64,000 nucleotides of DNA from Antedon mediterranea. Taxonomy: Eukaryota; Animalia; Echinodermata. The notes under the pieces were generated by a model that saw only the letters and a list, made by a program, of their open reading frames with translations, had not been told where the DNA came from and did not search any database. The stretch lies in contig NC_092673.1 in assembly GCF_964355755.1 (NCBI RefSeq), positions 21,449,648 through 21,513,647 of the forward strand, given 5' to 3'. Shown here one piece after another: positions 11,701 through 25,096 of the stretch (the first letter of the stretch is position 1; each line of letters opens with the position of its first letter). The position numbers and the translations under genes were made by a program.

Positions 11701-14700
11701 CAGATCGTTATATTTTATATTAATAATTATACAGTCTTTAAGGCCACAGTCTACTGTAGAAACACTAAAATTCACAAATTTGGTTGTAAATACAATTTTT
11801 ACATGTTTGTATGTTTAAACCATCTTGTCTCATCTGTTTTTAACCTCTCACTATGGCCTTGGTATAACAAATGAATTAAAAACAATTATATCTCAAGTGA
11901 GTTTTTGGTATATTGTGTGTATAATACTTTCAACTTCAACTTCAACTTTATTTTCCAATGTTTTTTAATGATAAATAATATTAAATTTTAAAACATAAGG
12001 AAGGAGCTAGAAAATAGTGTAAACACTAATCAAGTCCAGCCCCTTTTACATAAATTATACTTAACTAAATTTTTACAACTATGGGCAATAATTTCTTTCA
12101 GGCCTACAAATAATAAAAACTTAATAAGTTAAAACAATCCCATTTATATATTTTAAAATTTAAATATTACTACACTTTTTCATAAATAAGATAAATAAAA
12201 TAAATAATTATATAACTAAAGTAAGAATTGCTTTAATTTCCGTATAAATATAATTTTAGAGTCATGTTTAATATTTTCTGGTATCTCGTTCCATGATAAT
12301 ATAATACATGTTTTTTTTATAGTTAATTGAAAACAATTGGAGATGTGGATACCATGGTCTACATAGGATCCAATGTCAGAGTGAGAATAGTAAAGGTGTA
12401 TATTGTCTACAGTATGATGAAACACGCATTGTTAGTGGCTTAAGAGATAACACAATCAAGGTAAGCACATCAAGATTGAGTGATGTTAATTATCAATGTT
12501 CTATAAATCTAATATTGTAAATATTTAATGTATCATCTCATGTGATTCTGTGACAGGAAGTTATTAAAGCTCTTCATGTTTCAAGTGTTCATCTTCTTGT
12601 CGTAATGAACCTATCATAAGTCAGTGCTGTTCCTTGTTTGCCCTCCATGCCATTCATTTATGTGACAAAAATATGTGATGTACCTATATACACTGTAGAC
12701 ATGATGATGTCATATCACTACCATATTTAAGCTCATCACTATCATATTTGGTCATGTGACATCACACTTTTTTTGTCAAACTAGTTTGATAGTGTAGACA
12801 GAGCTTTAATATTCCGCATGTGAATATTCAAAAAAAAAACTGATAAAAATATACAGTAGCCTCCTTGAGTAATGAACATTGGCGCGAGTAATAATTGTAT
12901 TTGCAATATCTATCCATGGTAGACCATGTTTGGTGTCTACAGTACAATGTAACAACATCAATGTATAATGAAGCTAGGCCCAAAGGTAAACGTATATGTC
13001 GTTGGTGCGAGTAATTCTGTGTACTACTAGCCCACAGGGAAAATAGTTAGTGTAATGACATAGAAATTCAATATTTACATTTATGAATGTTGAGAAGATT
13101 ACGACTGGATTAGGTATAGATCATTTGAATTAACAAGAAACATAAACAAGTTTTAGAATCTGAAATCAAATTCCAAATAAAGATTTGCTACAGTGTAAAA
13201 CAACATTGTATATGCAGGGAATAATTTCTCCAATGTAGCATAGCAAAAAACTATACAAAACAACCTTTTTGCTACACATTTCTACAATTGTGTAGTAAAA
13301 AATACAATACAAAACTATGTTTCTAAAAAATCAGTTTGATTAGCAATTTTGCTAAACAAAATTTTCAAATGAAATTTTTCCCTGATATGAACTCAAATCT
13401 TTGCATATTATGTACAATATGTCTTCTCAGATGATAAAATATTTAATTATGAATTTCTTTCTTAATTTATTTTATCAATAGATTTGGGATAGAAATACAT
13501 TACAATGTACTCAAGTACTAACAGGGCATACTGGTTCAGTGCTGTGTCTGCAATATGATGATAAGGTCATCATTACAGGTTCAAGTGACTCAACCGTAAG
13601 GTAAGAGAATACACTAATGAGCCACAATAACAATTTCAATTTTTGTGGAATATTATTCAAGCTTTTAAATCTCATTTGTTTGTAAATAGCTTTTTTTTTA
13701 AATTATTCTTTACAAATTTTAATTGAACGAATTTGATTGTTTTGTAATTTTATTGTGGCTGGATTTTAAATGTTGTTATTTCATTATGTTAGTACAGTAA
13801 AGTACTCTAACTACTGTATGACTACATTTTTGTAAACATTTTGTATAGGTCGAACCTTTTGTTACAAGAGTGTTCCTCCGTTTTGAAGGAGTGTAACTAA
13901 TAAATAATATTATTATAAGTATTAGTATTGTTATGTTATTTTTTTTAAAGGTGGTTAAATTTAAAATCTTTTTCTTTAACCTTTTATCATATAATAATAT
14001 TTTTTGAGAAAAATTTAATTTATTGAATTGAATGTTTTACTTCTTCAATAACGAGTATTATGAATCAATTTCAAACACGTTATATTCACATACATAAGCC
14101 ACACAAAATTATTCTAATTTCAAAAGAGACAATTTTAAATCCATTTGAAATCTGTATGCATAATTGAAGACCTGGACTTTTTTTACGTATTTCTCCTGCA
14201 TATTAACAAAAGACGTGGAACTCATTCAGTATAATTTATTCAGAAAATGGCAATAGTATTGAAGATAATAGAGAGGTTTCGCAATCATACGAATACGATA
14301 ACGAAAACGGATACGTCACGCACACGTATTCGTTTTCGTAAGCCATAAAAAAATCTGTTTCGCATGGCAACGAAATATTGAGGCGCGTCCAAAATATGAC
14401 TGCGGTAAATTTGAGCGAAGCGCAGGTACGTGTTGCTTGGTGCTTGGCTGCCTAGGCCTAGCGTAACATCAAAGCGAGTGAGGACTTTAAAAACTGCTAT
14501 TTATCAAAATTGACTTGGCATTTTAGTAAATTACTTTAGTAAATTACTTTCAATAAATCTATAATTATATTATAATCATGAATCATTCCTGATTCAAATG
14601 CAAAATGTGCAAAATAGATCAAAAACTATACTCGTTTTGTAGTTACGAATATGACTGGTGATATTCGTCAAAACACGAATACGCCTCACGAATATGAAAT

Positions 14701-17700
14701 GGGGATCAGCTCAAAAGTTTCACAAATGTGTGACGTATCCGTTTTCGTTATCGTATTCCTATGGTTGCGAAACCTCCCTATTGTGTTTATGACAACGTTA
14801 ACCAAATTTATAATGAAGGTATACTCCAAGTACTGTACTTCATTTTTTATACAAAAAGACCAACAGCGAAACTGCAGTAAATCTCTGCTACGTAACACTA
14901 AACAGGCTACTTATACAGCTGTATAAAAAGTGATGTAAGCCTTTCTGGATCTGTATCTTTATACTCCAATAAAGCAGGAAAACTGCATCACACTAGAGTT
15001 TTATTATTAAATTTTAGTGCCTGGTGGATTTCTAAGACTATATTTTAGAATGAATGATGATAAAATTCGTTGTAGTAGAATAGGAAAGAATATGTCACAT
15101 TAAAAATGTTCAGCTCTGTCTACACTATCAAACTGTATGTGACAACAAAATGTGATGTGTTCATATATGGACATGATTATGTCATATTACTACCATATTT
15201 GGGCGTATCACTACCATATTTGAGCACATCACACTTTTTTGTCAAACTAGTTTGATAGTGTAGACAGGGCTTTACATGTGGAAATGGCATGTCCAGTTCA
15301 AAATGTTTGCATTACTGTATAATATAATGTTACTGAGAATTGTTTTGTTTGTAAAAATTGTTTTGAAAATAAAAATTTAAGAGAATTACCCCCAAATGTT
15401 TACAACTATAGCACTGAATACTCAATCCTAAAATAGACTTTATTTGGTTGTGCAAGTTACTAACTATATAAATCTTAACGTACGATGTTGACATGTTGTT
15501 AATTTACACACTACACACACACTACATGACTGTTTAGCAAGCGGTTATATAATAAGTGTCCTAATATTTACTATGTAAGAAACTCTCTCTTTTTACTATA
15601 TATCGAAATGAGGTTTGTCATTTGGTTCTTTAGCGTACAATAATAAATATGCATATACTGTACATGTATTCATTAGATTATTTAAATTTAGCCTTTTTCA
15701 AGTGGATTTTAATCATTATCAGTGAGATTTAGTTATTCATTGATTATTAGGGCACACAAAGCGGATCAGCTATTGTAATTGTAATTGTATAAAAATTATT
15801 TTGTGTATGTATGAAATAGATGTCGGGTGTATGATAAGAAAGTGGAAGAGCCAAAAGGAAAAACATTAATTAGGAGCATGAATCATTTGCCTCTTCTCCC
15901 TCCTATAAATGTTCTCTTATAGGATGTATTGATTCAATTTAATTAATAGATTACTGATGTGAAATTAGTTACTTGATTGGAATTAACTAATTATAAACAG
16001 TGTTTATACATTGCATGTTATGTTAATTGTTTTGTTGTAAATTTGTCTTGATTTCCCAAAGTATAGTGAAGAATATTAATACAACATTAAGAATTGGCCA
16101 ATTATGTTTATAACATAGTCACCATCAGACATCATGAAAAGGAAGTGATGTCATAAGTATGCTCACATCCAACCATTACTCACATTATTTAATATGTAGC
16201 TACTTAAAGAAATAGGTTAGAGGTCATCATAGTATGTTGATTATTGAATTAAACATTATACTGTGCCACTCAATTATTTTGTATGTGAACAAATTTAATT
16301 ACATTACTTATTAATCACATACATGCTATTATTAGTATATTATGAAATTAATATGAATTTGTAAATACTTTAATAATAGCACTAATAATACACTTTACTA
16401 ATGATCCCAGAGATATAAAATCTAATTATTTATACTCAATTAATCACATACATGCTATGTTATGAAATTATATGAATTTGTAAATACTTTAATAATAGCA
16501 CTAATGATCCCATTTATACTCAGTTAATTATATATTGAAGTATAATGCCTAAAAAAATTACTGTCCATTAATTAACTATCCAAGTTAACAATTCAATCTA
16601 ATCGTTAATCAAGGTTTAGTAAGTATAAATGTAAACATCAGGAACCTGTTCTTAATTACATTTTGATCATAGATATAAACAAATGTAATGTATACAATGG
16701 TATTATTTATTAATAACTACAATGTTATTAGTAGTAAAGTACATAAAACCTCGAACAATATATTTCATGTGTCCTAGTTTTGAATGAAGCTGAATTTCAT
16801 AGAAAGTATAAATTTAGCACACCAAGGGAGATAATAGTCAAAGCCATTTATATATATGTGTTTTCGCTACAGTATCCATGCATTATTGAACTTTAAAGTG
16901 TTTTTCATAAAAAATTAACACTACTACTGCTCACTGTTTTCAATTTTTGTGTACTGTCTACTAACCCATGGTTTAAATGTATACAAACAAGGAAGGAGAG
17001 AAAAAAGGGAAGAAATTCATTTTTATTTTTCAACTTTCTAAAAAATGGCTACCTGTCAGGCTTCATCGGTGTTGGACATAGTGCATTCTACTATTTTGTG
17101 CCATTTATCCCTGTCATGGGCCGAGTGTTTCTGAAGTACTGTTTTCAAGTCATCCTGTATCTATTATATATATATATTTTTTTTTTTTGAACAAGGTTTT
17201 TACATGAGTTTTACTTCTTGTAAAATCCTCTAATAATTGTATATTTCTTCCTTATTTAATTTGTTATTGTTATTTTCTGTGCACCATTAATATAAATAAA
17301 TGTTTTTATGAATAAAGAATGATGAAGAGAATTTGGCTACCTGTATTTTTAAGAAACTGAATTCATTGATGTAGGAATTGTTTGGTTATAATGACAGGTA
17401 CTGTAGTACTATATATAATTGTTGTGTGTGTTTTTGTTTTTTTTAGGGTGTGGGATGTTGAGACAGGAGAGATGATGAACACCTTGATACATCATTGTGA
17501 AGCAGTTCTTCATCTTAGATTTAGTAATGGAATGATGGTCACATGTTCAAAGGTTAGTTTTTCATATTTTTTTAAACCATCGCCTTCTACTACAATACAA
17601 TAGGGAGCTTTCTCATCTGGACGGACGGTAAACGAAAGGGGATACAAAACGTGACAATTATTTTGATACACAATCAAAGCTGGTCAGCCACCTCCGCATA

Positions 17701-20700
17701 CCCTCTGTACACGACTTGGTGGGCGTTTTTGATCCAGATGTGAATACCAATAAAAAAAATCCATATAAAAACAGTACATATGTCAACACCTGGGATTAGT
17801 ATCCCAGAGTTGACTAACCTGTGATTTAACAACTTTAATATACCTAATAGGATTTTAAAAGGTGTAGTGGATGTTCAAATTACATTGAATGACAACATTC
17901 AATGACTATGAGGCAATCCAAGTTACTCCCTGTTGGATGCGTATGAAAAAAAAATTCTAATGCTTAAATAATTATTTGTAGTTTTTATTTATTATTTTTA
18001 AATATAAAATCCTTAGAATTTTCATTGTTTCTTGTATCTACCCAGGATCGATCCATTGCAGTATGGGACATGACATCGCCAACAGATATCAGCCTGCGAC
18101 GAGTGTTAGTTGGTCACCGTGCTGCTGTCAATGTGGTGGACTTTGATGATAAATATATAGTTTCAGCATCAGGGGACAGAACCATTAAGGTAAACAGCTA
18201 TTAGGGAATTCTACTGATGCTAGTGAAGTGGAGTTGTTATACTTCTACAAATTACAGAAATATCAAAATAATTTTGCCCATCATGTACCGAAACAGTACT
18301 GAAAACATACCAGACCAGTAATCGACTGGTCATTTATGAACTCCTCAAGCTACTCACAAAAGATCTACTCACACTGCATGTGTTTAAACAGCAAGGAGTA
18401 CTAAAGAGCTAGGTCTCCTCAAAACATATCAGTCGGATAGGCCTACAGTAATGTGTTCTCTGCTGGTGTAACTCGAAACTGTTTCATACATTTAAGTATT
18501 CAGTACAGTTTGGCAAAATGTCAATAATTACCACAATTTCCTTTAAATAATGAATACATGCATAAAGATGAGACTTAATTATGCACATTAAACATTTCTC
18601 AGAAACCTGATTAGTGTCCAGTCATTCATTTATTAGATGCTATAATAGGGAAAAGAAAAATTGGGTTTAGATTCATTCAGTGTGTACTGTTTATAGTTTG
18701 GCAAAAAAAATACATGTTTGAGATTCTCAGAAACTTGAGGAGTGTTCAGTCATTCAGTTTGTACTGTATGGCAAAGAAAAACACAAGGTTTGATATTTAT
18801 CAGCAACTTAAGGACTACCTGTACCTTGTTAGTTCATAAACATGTACTTAGTTCAAATGCCATAAAAGAATCATTTTGCACAGCTATTTATATAATTGAT
18901 TAATGTCAACGCAATCTTGTGTTACTTGCCTGTTAAGTGCAAGAAAAGTGTGCTGGCTAGTTATTGCAGTATAGGCTGACCTTTTGTAGCTAATACTGTG
19001 TTCATATTTCAAGTGACTAGGTGATTAGGATAACTAAGTCATACCTTTAGTATGTTTATTATTTCATTATTTTATGGACGAAATTTTATAATTGCATACT
19101 ACAGAATGGTAACAACACTATATACAGTTTTACCAGCAATCACTGGCAATACAAATTGATCCGAAAAGAGATAGTCAATGATGTATATGAATTAACCAAA
19201 AGATTATTTATGTATGTTAATAGTTATAACGTAAAGATACAGTTATTGTACTTAATAGTTAAATGGCTATAAGGCTTAAACGATTTTCTATGGTTACACC
19301 AGAAACACAATAATATTTTATTGATGAATTTGATGTTAGTGTTATCCAGGAGCATGATTCACTTGGCTTGAATCTTCTCATTAGACATGAAAATCAATAT
19401 TAAAATGTCAAAAGCATTTCTGTGTGTAATATCTGGTGGAAGAGTGGTTAACGAGATTCATAAATAGATGTATCTAGACTAGATACAATACTCTACAAAA
19501 TCATTTTATAGAAAGAATATTCATTTACTAGTATAATTATTGTATTGTTCCCCAAAAACATGAAAAATAAAGATTAATAAAATCAGACTTTAAATACTAT
19601 TTTGCAGTTTTAATCAAGTTATTCACTTAAAAAAAAACAAAAAAAATCATTATTTCACTTATAAAAAGACAAAAAACTGGTTTATTTTAACCAAAAACTC
19701 ATTGTCTGAAAGAAAAATCGAGTATTTTTAGCTTTAAATTAGATTTTTTGGGTAAATCAATTTCTTGTCGATCCAATTTTTGGTCAAAGTGGATAACTAT
19801 TGTGTGACATTAAAATGGCATATTCAACAAAAAATGTTTAGGAATAATTTTTTCAGGGGGACAATATATCTCCAAATATTTCAAAATAAGTTATAAATTA
19901 AAATAAACATATTTTTTCAGGTATGGAGCACATCAACATGCGAGTTTGTCCGCACATTAAATGGTCATCGACGTGGTATAGCTTGTTTACAGTATCGTGA
20001 TCGACTGGTTGTCAGTGGTTCATCAGATAATACAATAAGGTAACATTCCTTTATATGTTGCATAACAAATTTAACTTGAAACAAATTAAAAGGGTAAAAG
20101 TTTATCTTTAAATGTGGCAAATGAAAATTGTTAAACCCATATTCCCTACATTTTTAGATCTAATTTAAGGTCACAAACTACATTTAATGTAAAAATGTTT
20201 TTGTCTTTAAACGTTTAACAGTGAAAATTAAGTTAATTCTAATAATTTAAGCGGCCTGCTACAATCCATCTATATTTTCGGGGGGTTTTTTTTGTTATTC
20301 AATCACTTTCGATCAATTGTGAAGTTCAAAACAAATGGAGGAATTGTAACTTTTCAGCGAAAATACAAACAAATTGGGTTTCCCTAATTATATTGGTATA
20401 TTGTATTATTGGATTCTGGCAAAAACAGAAAGACAATTAATGCAGCAACTAGACTAGGCCTAAAGCTAGCTTGTGACGTTCATACGTTACTGCTCGTACG
20501 GTTTAATGTTTTTAAAGTAATATATATGCATTATTTTACAAAAAGGTGTATGGAATTATAGAGTGGGGAAAGTGTATGGAGTGGGGAAAGTGTATGGAGT
20601 GGGGGCTTTAAAAGAGAAAGTTACATCATATCCTGTCATTAATCATGTTGTCATCACTACATAAAATCTACTCCTATCAACTTTATTAATGTAGTATCAT

Positions 20701-22128
20701 TTCATATAATAGTAAAAATTTCATAATGCCATAGCAAATTACAGGAACAGGTCACTTTAAACATTATGTAGTGCAGACAGTAAAATGAAAAAATTCAGAA
20801 ATAAAGTTAGAACTAATTCTTCAAATAATATACTGTCAATGTAACTGTATACCAGTACTTGATTGCATGTATTAATATACAAATAATGAATGTTTATGAG
20901 TGCAATGGTACAAATAATGGCACGAGGTGAATGATGAAAGGTTATATCAACGAGGCAAAGCCGAGTTGATATAACCTTTCATCATTCACCAAGTGCCATT
21001 ATTTGTACCATTACACGAATACAAAACATTCATTATTTGTTTTATATAACATCTAAATAAAAAAAAAAAGAAAAAAAAAAAGTACTATTTAACGATCGTT
21101 GAATAGTGCGTACTATTGCACGCCATGTGACCCACATTCGTCCAATCAAATGACAGGAATTTATTTAGGTGTTATATAATATGTATTTATATGCTCTATT
21201 TCTTTCTTTCAGGCTATGGGATATTGAGTGTGGTGCCTGTCTTAGAGTACTTGAGGGACATGAGGAACTTGTTCGATGTATTCGATTTGATAACAAAAGA
21301 ATTGTCAGTGGTGCATATGACGGGTAAGAAACAAATGCTTTTTTTTTTCTAAATTGTACTGGAACTAACACAATAGAACTGTAGTATTAACATACATCTT
21401 TTTTTTTTAACAGAAAAATAAAAGTATGGGACCTACAGGCTGCACTGGACCCAAGAGCACCAACGGGTACCTTGTGTCTTAGAACATTAGTGGTAAGTTT
21501 AGTTTTCAACCATTTTGGTATTTAACCATTTGGTATTCAACCATTCTGGTATTTTGGTATTCAACAATTTTGTATTAAACCGTTGTGGTATTTAACAATT
21601 TTGGTATTCAACAATTGTGTATTAAAACATTTTGGTGTTAAATCATTTTGGTGTTAAACCATTTTGGTATTCAACAATAGTTTTCAACAGTTTCCTGGTA
21701 TTTAACCATTTTGGTATTCAACCATTTTGGTATATAACGGTTTTGAATATTCAACTAATTTTGATATTCAACCATTTGGTATTTAACCATTTTGGTATTC
21801 AACCATTTTGGTATTCAACAGTTTTTGGTATTCAACAGTTTTTGGTAGCTGGTACAGTGGTTTAATCATGGACCTATAAATTGTCTTTAAATTATAGGAC
21901 TAATTACTGTGCCAATACCACAGTATTATTATTATTATTAACAGAAAATGTTTTAATGTGATTTCACAGGAGCATACTGGCCGAGTGTTTCGTCTTCAGT
22001 TTGATGAGTTTCAGATAGTAAGCAGTTCACATGACGATACCATTTTAATTTGGGATTTTCTTGATGCACCCCTGCAAGAGAACCCAGCACTGCCTGTTGC
22101 TGGTACATACACTTACGTTGGTAGATAA
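2763..22128 (+). CDS. BTRC: beta-TrCP F-box/WD40 protein (BTRC/FBXW11/slimb family), ~508 aa
   Basis: Exons 2763-2819, 4401-4614, 6027-6213, 7634-7727, 12323-12460, 13482-13600, 17447-17552, 18046-18189, 19921-20039, 21213-21323, 21414-21492, 21970-22128 (1527 nt, in frame, all GT-AG). D domain ([26 protein letters not shown]), F-box ([28 protein letters not shown]), WD40 repeats ([27 protein letters not shown] ... [30 protein letters not shown]). The first coding exon is the least certain. Confidence 0.96.
4101..4414 (+). repeat. Diverged tandem duplication (~165 bp) including the BTRC exon 2 acceptor
   Basis: AATAGTTATCAACACCAAC...TTATTTTAGACAAGTATAAGGCC occurs at ~4101-4246 and ~4268-4414. 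Confidence 0.85.
5620..5869. mobile_element. Kolobok-like MITE copy (same family as 213-693)
   Basis: TTAA|AGATGTAT start, ...CAATATATCT|TTAA end, shared internal sequence. Confidence 0.55.
7869..8033 (+). mobile_element. High-copy ~160-bp MITE, TIR AGCTCTGTCTACACTATCAAACT (Kolobok-like, TTAA-type sites)
   Basis: Internal GATGTCATATCACTACCATATTTGG repeats. Other copies at ~12655-12806, 15112-15272, 24385-24532, 34166-34296, 35422-35552, 37101-37218, 43023-43175, 60240-60355, plus fragments at 26233 and 51695. Confidence 0.8.
8367..9771. mobile_element. Non-autonomous TIR DNA transposon with subterminal CCTACGA repeats (EnSpm/CACTA-like architecture)
   Basis: TACAGAAAGAAATTACTGC at left, GCAGTATTTTCTTTCTGTA at right; tandem CCTACGATGTATTGTT units at 8448-8591. 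Confidence 0.7.
10337..11250. mobile_element. PIF/Harbinger-like MITE
   Basis: TIR GGGCCTGTTTCTGCTGA / TCAGCAGAAACAGACCC, 3-bp TSD TAT, subterminal AACCGATTA repeats. Confidence 0.8.
11929..12300 (-). mobile_element. 5'-truncated CR1/L2-type LINE 3' end
   Basis: Minus-strand ORF ends [26 protein letters not shown], typical of the CR1/L2 ORF2 C-terminus. It is followed by a 3'UTR-like stretch and a (GTTGAA)n tail at ~11929-11948. Confidence 0.65.
14270..14779. mobile_element. TIR MITE with AT flanks (ISL2EU/Harbinger-like)
   Basis: ~50-bp TIR AGAGAGGTTTCGCAATCATACGAATACGATAACGAAAACGGATACGTCAC and its reverse complement at 14730-14779. Confidence 0.8.
15112..15272 (+). mobile_element. Copy of the AGCTCTGTCTACACTATCAAACT MITE
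   Basis: Both TIRs present (AGCTCTGTCTACACTATCAAAC ... GTTTGATAGTGTAGACAGGGCT). Confidence 0.85.
16311..16510 (+). repeat. Local tandem duplication (~130-bp unit)
   Basis: TTAATCACATACATGCTAT...ATGAATTTGTAAATACTTTAATAATAGCACTAAT occurs twice. Confidence 0.7.
18313..18442. mobile_element. Short MITE, related to the copy at ~43845-43956
   Basis: Shared CGACTGGTCA...CAAAAGATCT...AAACAGCAAGGAGT...CAGTCGGATAGG. Confidence 0.55.
19530..19872. mobile_element. Kolobok-like MITE copy (family of 213-693)
   Basis: TGTATTGTTCCCC...GGGGACAATATATCT with shared internal sequence. Confidence 0.55.
20135..20607. mobile_element. TTAA-flanked Kolobok-like element, related to 44292-44903
   Basis: Shared ATTCCCTAC-TTTTTAGATCTAATTTAAG-TCACAAACTA; right end GGGGCT|TTAA; TTAA at both flanks. 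Confidence 0.7.
20878..21178. repeat. Foldback (palindromic) repeat centred on GAGGCAAAGCCGAG
   Basis: ~75-bp near-perfect arms at 20879-20950 and 20965-21041. The 3' part (GTCCAATCAAATGACAGGAA-TATTTAGGTG) recurs at ~58846-58879. Confidence 0.75.
21505..21846 (+). repeat. Minisatellite, ~16-bp unit TCAACCATTTTGGTAT
   Basis: About 20 degenerate units in the last BTRC intron; explains ORF 21632-21865. Confidence 0.9.
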
Positions 22129-23153
22129 GAATTTGGACTAATTTTCAATTGATTGAAATGCACATTATGCTATTTTGAAAAGAGTTGTTCATAATTTCAA
22201 GCGTTTAAAACAATGTGACATATGATAGACTTGAGGCATTGTTAAAACCAATTTACCATGTCTTATCTTTATATGCAAATAGAAGAACGTTTAGTATGCA
22301 GCAATGAAAACATCTTCTTATCATCAACTTACAATAAAACCATTCTCTAAATTTATTAAGAATAGTGCTATTTTGCATCTTAAATCATGACCAATTAATT
22401 AAGTTTAACTAGCATTGCAATTCATAAAATTATAAAGTCTGTATACTCTTTGTCTCTGCCCGTATAGTCAACAAGTTGATTCAACTAGTATTTATTTTTC
22501 CTATCTCTAGAAATAACATAGTTGGCAATTTTAGGCCTATAGTCTAGAGTAAACTCTAACCTAGGCCACCTGTTCTAGCTGTACTATGTCAACAAAATGC
22601 TTATTGATGTTTTCTGCTTAGCTAGGCCTACACAGTATGCATTCAAGCCCTATAATCTACCTTTTCTATGCCAAAACAAATAATATGCCTATTGAAGAAG
22701 TAGTCTATACTTTTGTGTGTCTTATTAATTATTGAATTTCACCAGTTGTCAGTAGTTGAAAAAAAATTACAGTTTAGGCCTGACACAGATTCGTTCAGGC
22801 ACATGTTACATAATTATAATAAACTGGCCCTATACTATGGATCCGCATCAGTGTGCACTTTTATTTGAACGAATTAAATTTACCTATATAAAACCTGTAT
22901 TCTATACCCTTTTTAGGGAGAGTAACCCAAGTTTTACTCGGAGACTATTTCCATTTAAAATAACCAAAAAAACTGCGAGATGAACTCGGGTTGCACCCAT
23001 TATTTTCCTGTTCAACCTTTTCATAAGTAAAACGAACAGTTCATGAAAAGAATGTTTATAAATTTTGTAGAGTAAATAGAAGTGAAGTAGGATATTGTAT
23101 AGTGAATACCAAACACTGACAGTTTACAAATACTGAAATGAACACACTGTTAT

Positions 23154-23307
23154 CAGTGGCGTAACGCAAAGGCCTGAGGCCCCTGGTTTAGGAACCCTAT
23201 GTGGCCCTGCAACGCTGGAGGCCTCGGGCCTTTTTAGCCATTTTCGACATATGTTAACGCCTGTTTTTTCCTCTGGGCAGTGAGCACTCATAGCTACTAC
23301 GCCACTG
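23154..23307. mobile_element. hAT-like MITE
   Basis: TIR CAGTGGCGTA / TACGCCACTG; 8-bp TSD ACTGTTAT/ACCGTTAT. Relatives at ~43500-43695 and ~51539-51675. Confidence 0.8.
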
Positions 23308-24626
23308 ACCGTTATTTTCAGTTGTTATGTAAACCACATTATAAGATGTTTTCTGAACAAGTATTGGGTTAGGGACAATGTCAGAATTATTCTAATGCAG
23401 CAACTGCATTTTGTTCAGCAGCACACATTCATAAAAACGATGTGTTCTAACAGTTATAAAAATAAATTACATCTTTAACGTGTTTATTCAAAGGCTTTGT
23501 TTAGGTAATCATAAACACTGTTTATTGCAGACTACTACTAAAACAGAATGATAATAAAAATCATACATTATTTACATACAATAAAATAAATGTAGTAACT
23601 GCATTAGAATACTTTTGACATTTTTCCTTAAATTAGTTGGTTTGATTATGGGTATACACAGATTGAAATATTTATGCATATTTAAATTTACTAATGAACA
23701 TTCAATTCTATAAATAGCCAATGTGTTCTTTCAAAAAGTGAACATAACATATGTTTGAACATAGATATATTAATATATCTATGATTTTAAGCATTTATTA
23801 TTACAGTATTGTTAAGACATAATATAGTTCCCTAGATATGTCGATTTCGTAAACTGTACTGAAACTTCTTTTTTTTTTTAAGAATCTGATCTTAAAGTGT
23901 GTCTGATTTTCACTCACACAAAATATTTGCAAAGCTCTTGTGGAAAGAAAAGTTTAAACTGCAAGAAACATGAATACATACAGCAGTGGTTAATGTTTGT
24001 CTTATGTTTAATTGTACAGTTAACTCTCCCTGTAAACGGACATCCTTTCCCGGCAATATAAAGTTTATACAGAGGTATTATACAACTATAAGAGTCAACT
24101 CCAGCATAATCAATAAACTGGTGGTCAAGCTGTACCCACTCCTCAGTCACCACACTACGTTGACCTATCAATTCAAGTATATGCTATGAACTATTTTAAA
24201 ATTAATTTTATTAAAACTTTTTTGTATTTACTATTGTACTATGTTTGAACAGATACGCTGATTATTTCAAGGTGTCTCTTTCCCCATCGGCATCATCTCA
24301 TCATCACCTAGTTGGCTCTCTAGTTATGTATAATACTTCTATGTTTTGGGTTTTTTTTAGTTCATCTTTGAGATTGTGTCTTAATCTACACTACCAAACT
24401 AGTTTGACAAAAAAGGTGTGATGTGCCGAAATATGGTAGTGCCATGCCTAAATATGGTACTGATATGACATTATCATGTCCATTGGGCACATCACATTTT
24501 TTGTCACATAATGTTTGATAATGTGGACAGGGGTTGTGGGAGTTTTTACTGTACAACATGAAATTTATGTTCATTTTTAAAAATGTTTGGTTTTACATGA
24601 TTGTTAATCAAAATGTTACCATAGTC

Positions 24627-25096
24627 ATCAAGATTCTATCAAGATAGTATCAAGATTCTATCAAGATAGTATCAAGATTCTATCAAGGTAGTATCAAGAT
24701 TCTATCAAGATAGTATCAAGATTCTATCAAGATAGTACTGTATCAAGATTCTATCAAGGTAGTATCAAGATTCTATCAAGATAGTATCAAGATTCTATTT
24801 AGATAGTATCAAGATTCTATCAAGATAGTACTGTATCAAGATTCTATCAAGGTAGTATCAAGATTCTATCAAGATAGTATCAAGATTCTATCAAGATTCT
24901 ATCAAGATAGTATCAAGATTCTATCAAGGTAGTATCAAGATAGTATCAAGATTCTATCAAGATTCTATCAAGGTAGTATCAAGATTCTATCAAGGTAGTA
25001 TCAAGATTCTATCAAGATAGTATCAAGATTCTATCAAGGTAGTATCAAGATTCTATCAAGATAGTATCAAGATTCTATTAAGATAGTATCAAGATG
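24627..25096 (+). repeat. Minisatellite of alternating 11-mers ATCAAGATTCT / ATCAAGATAGT
   Basis: About 40 eleven-mers; two units carry a CTGTA insertion at TA. Confidence 0.95.

Noticed and set aside
11404-11874. 156-aa ORF and overlapping minus ORF in a BTRC intron
   Set aside because: No recognisable domain; the minus strand looks like a stop-interrupted coding relic that I cannot assign.
24627-25096. CRISPR-like appearance of regular repeats (also 44921-45290 and 21505-21846)
   Set aside because: Head-to-tail units without unique spacers, no cas genes, and eukaryotic context.
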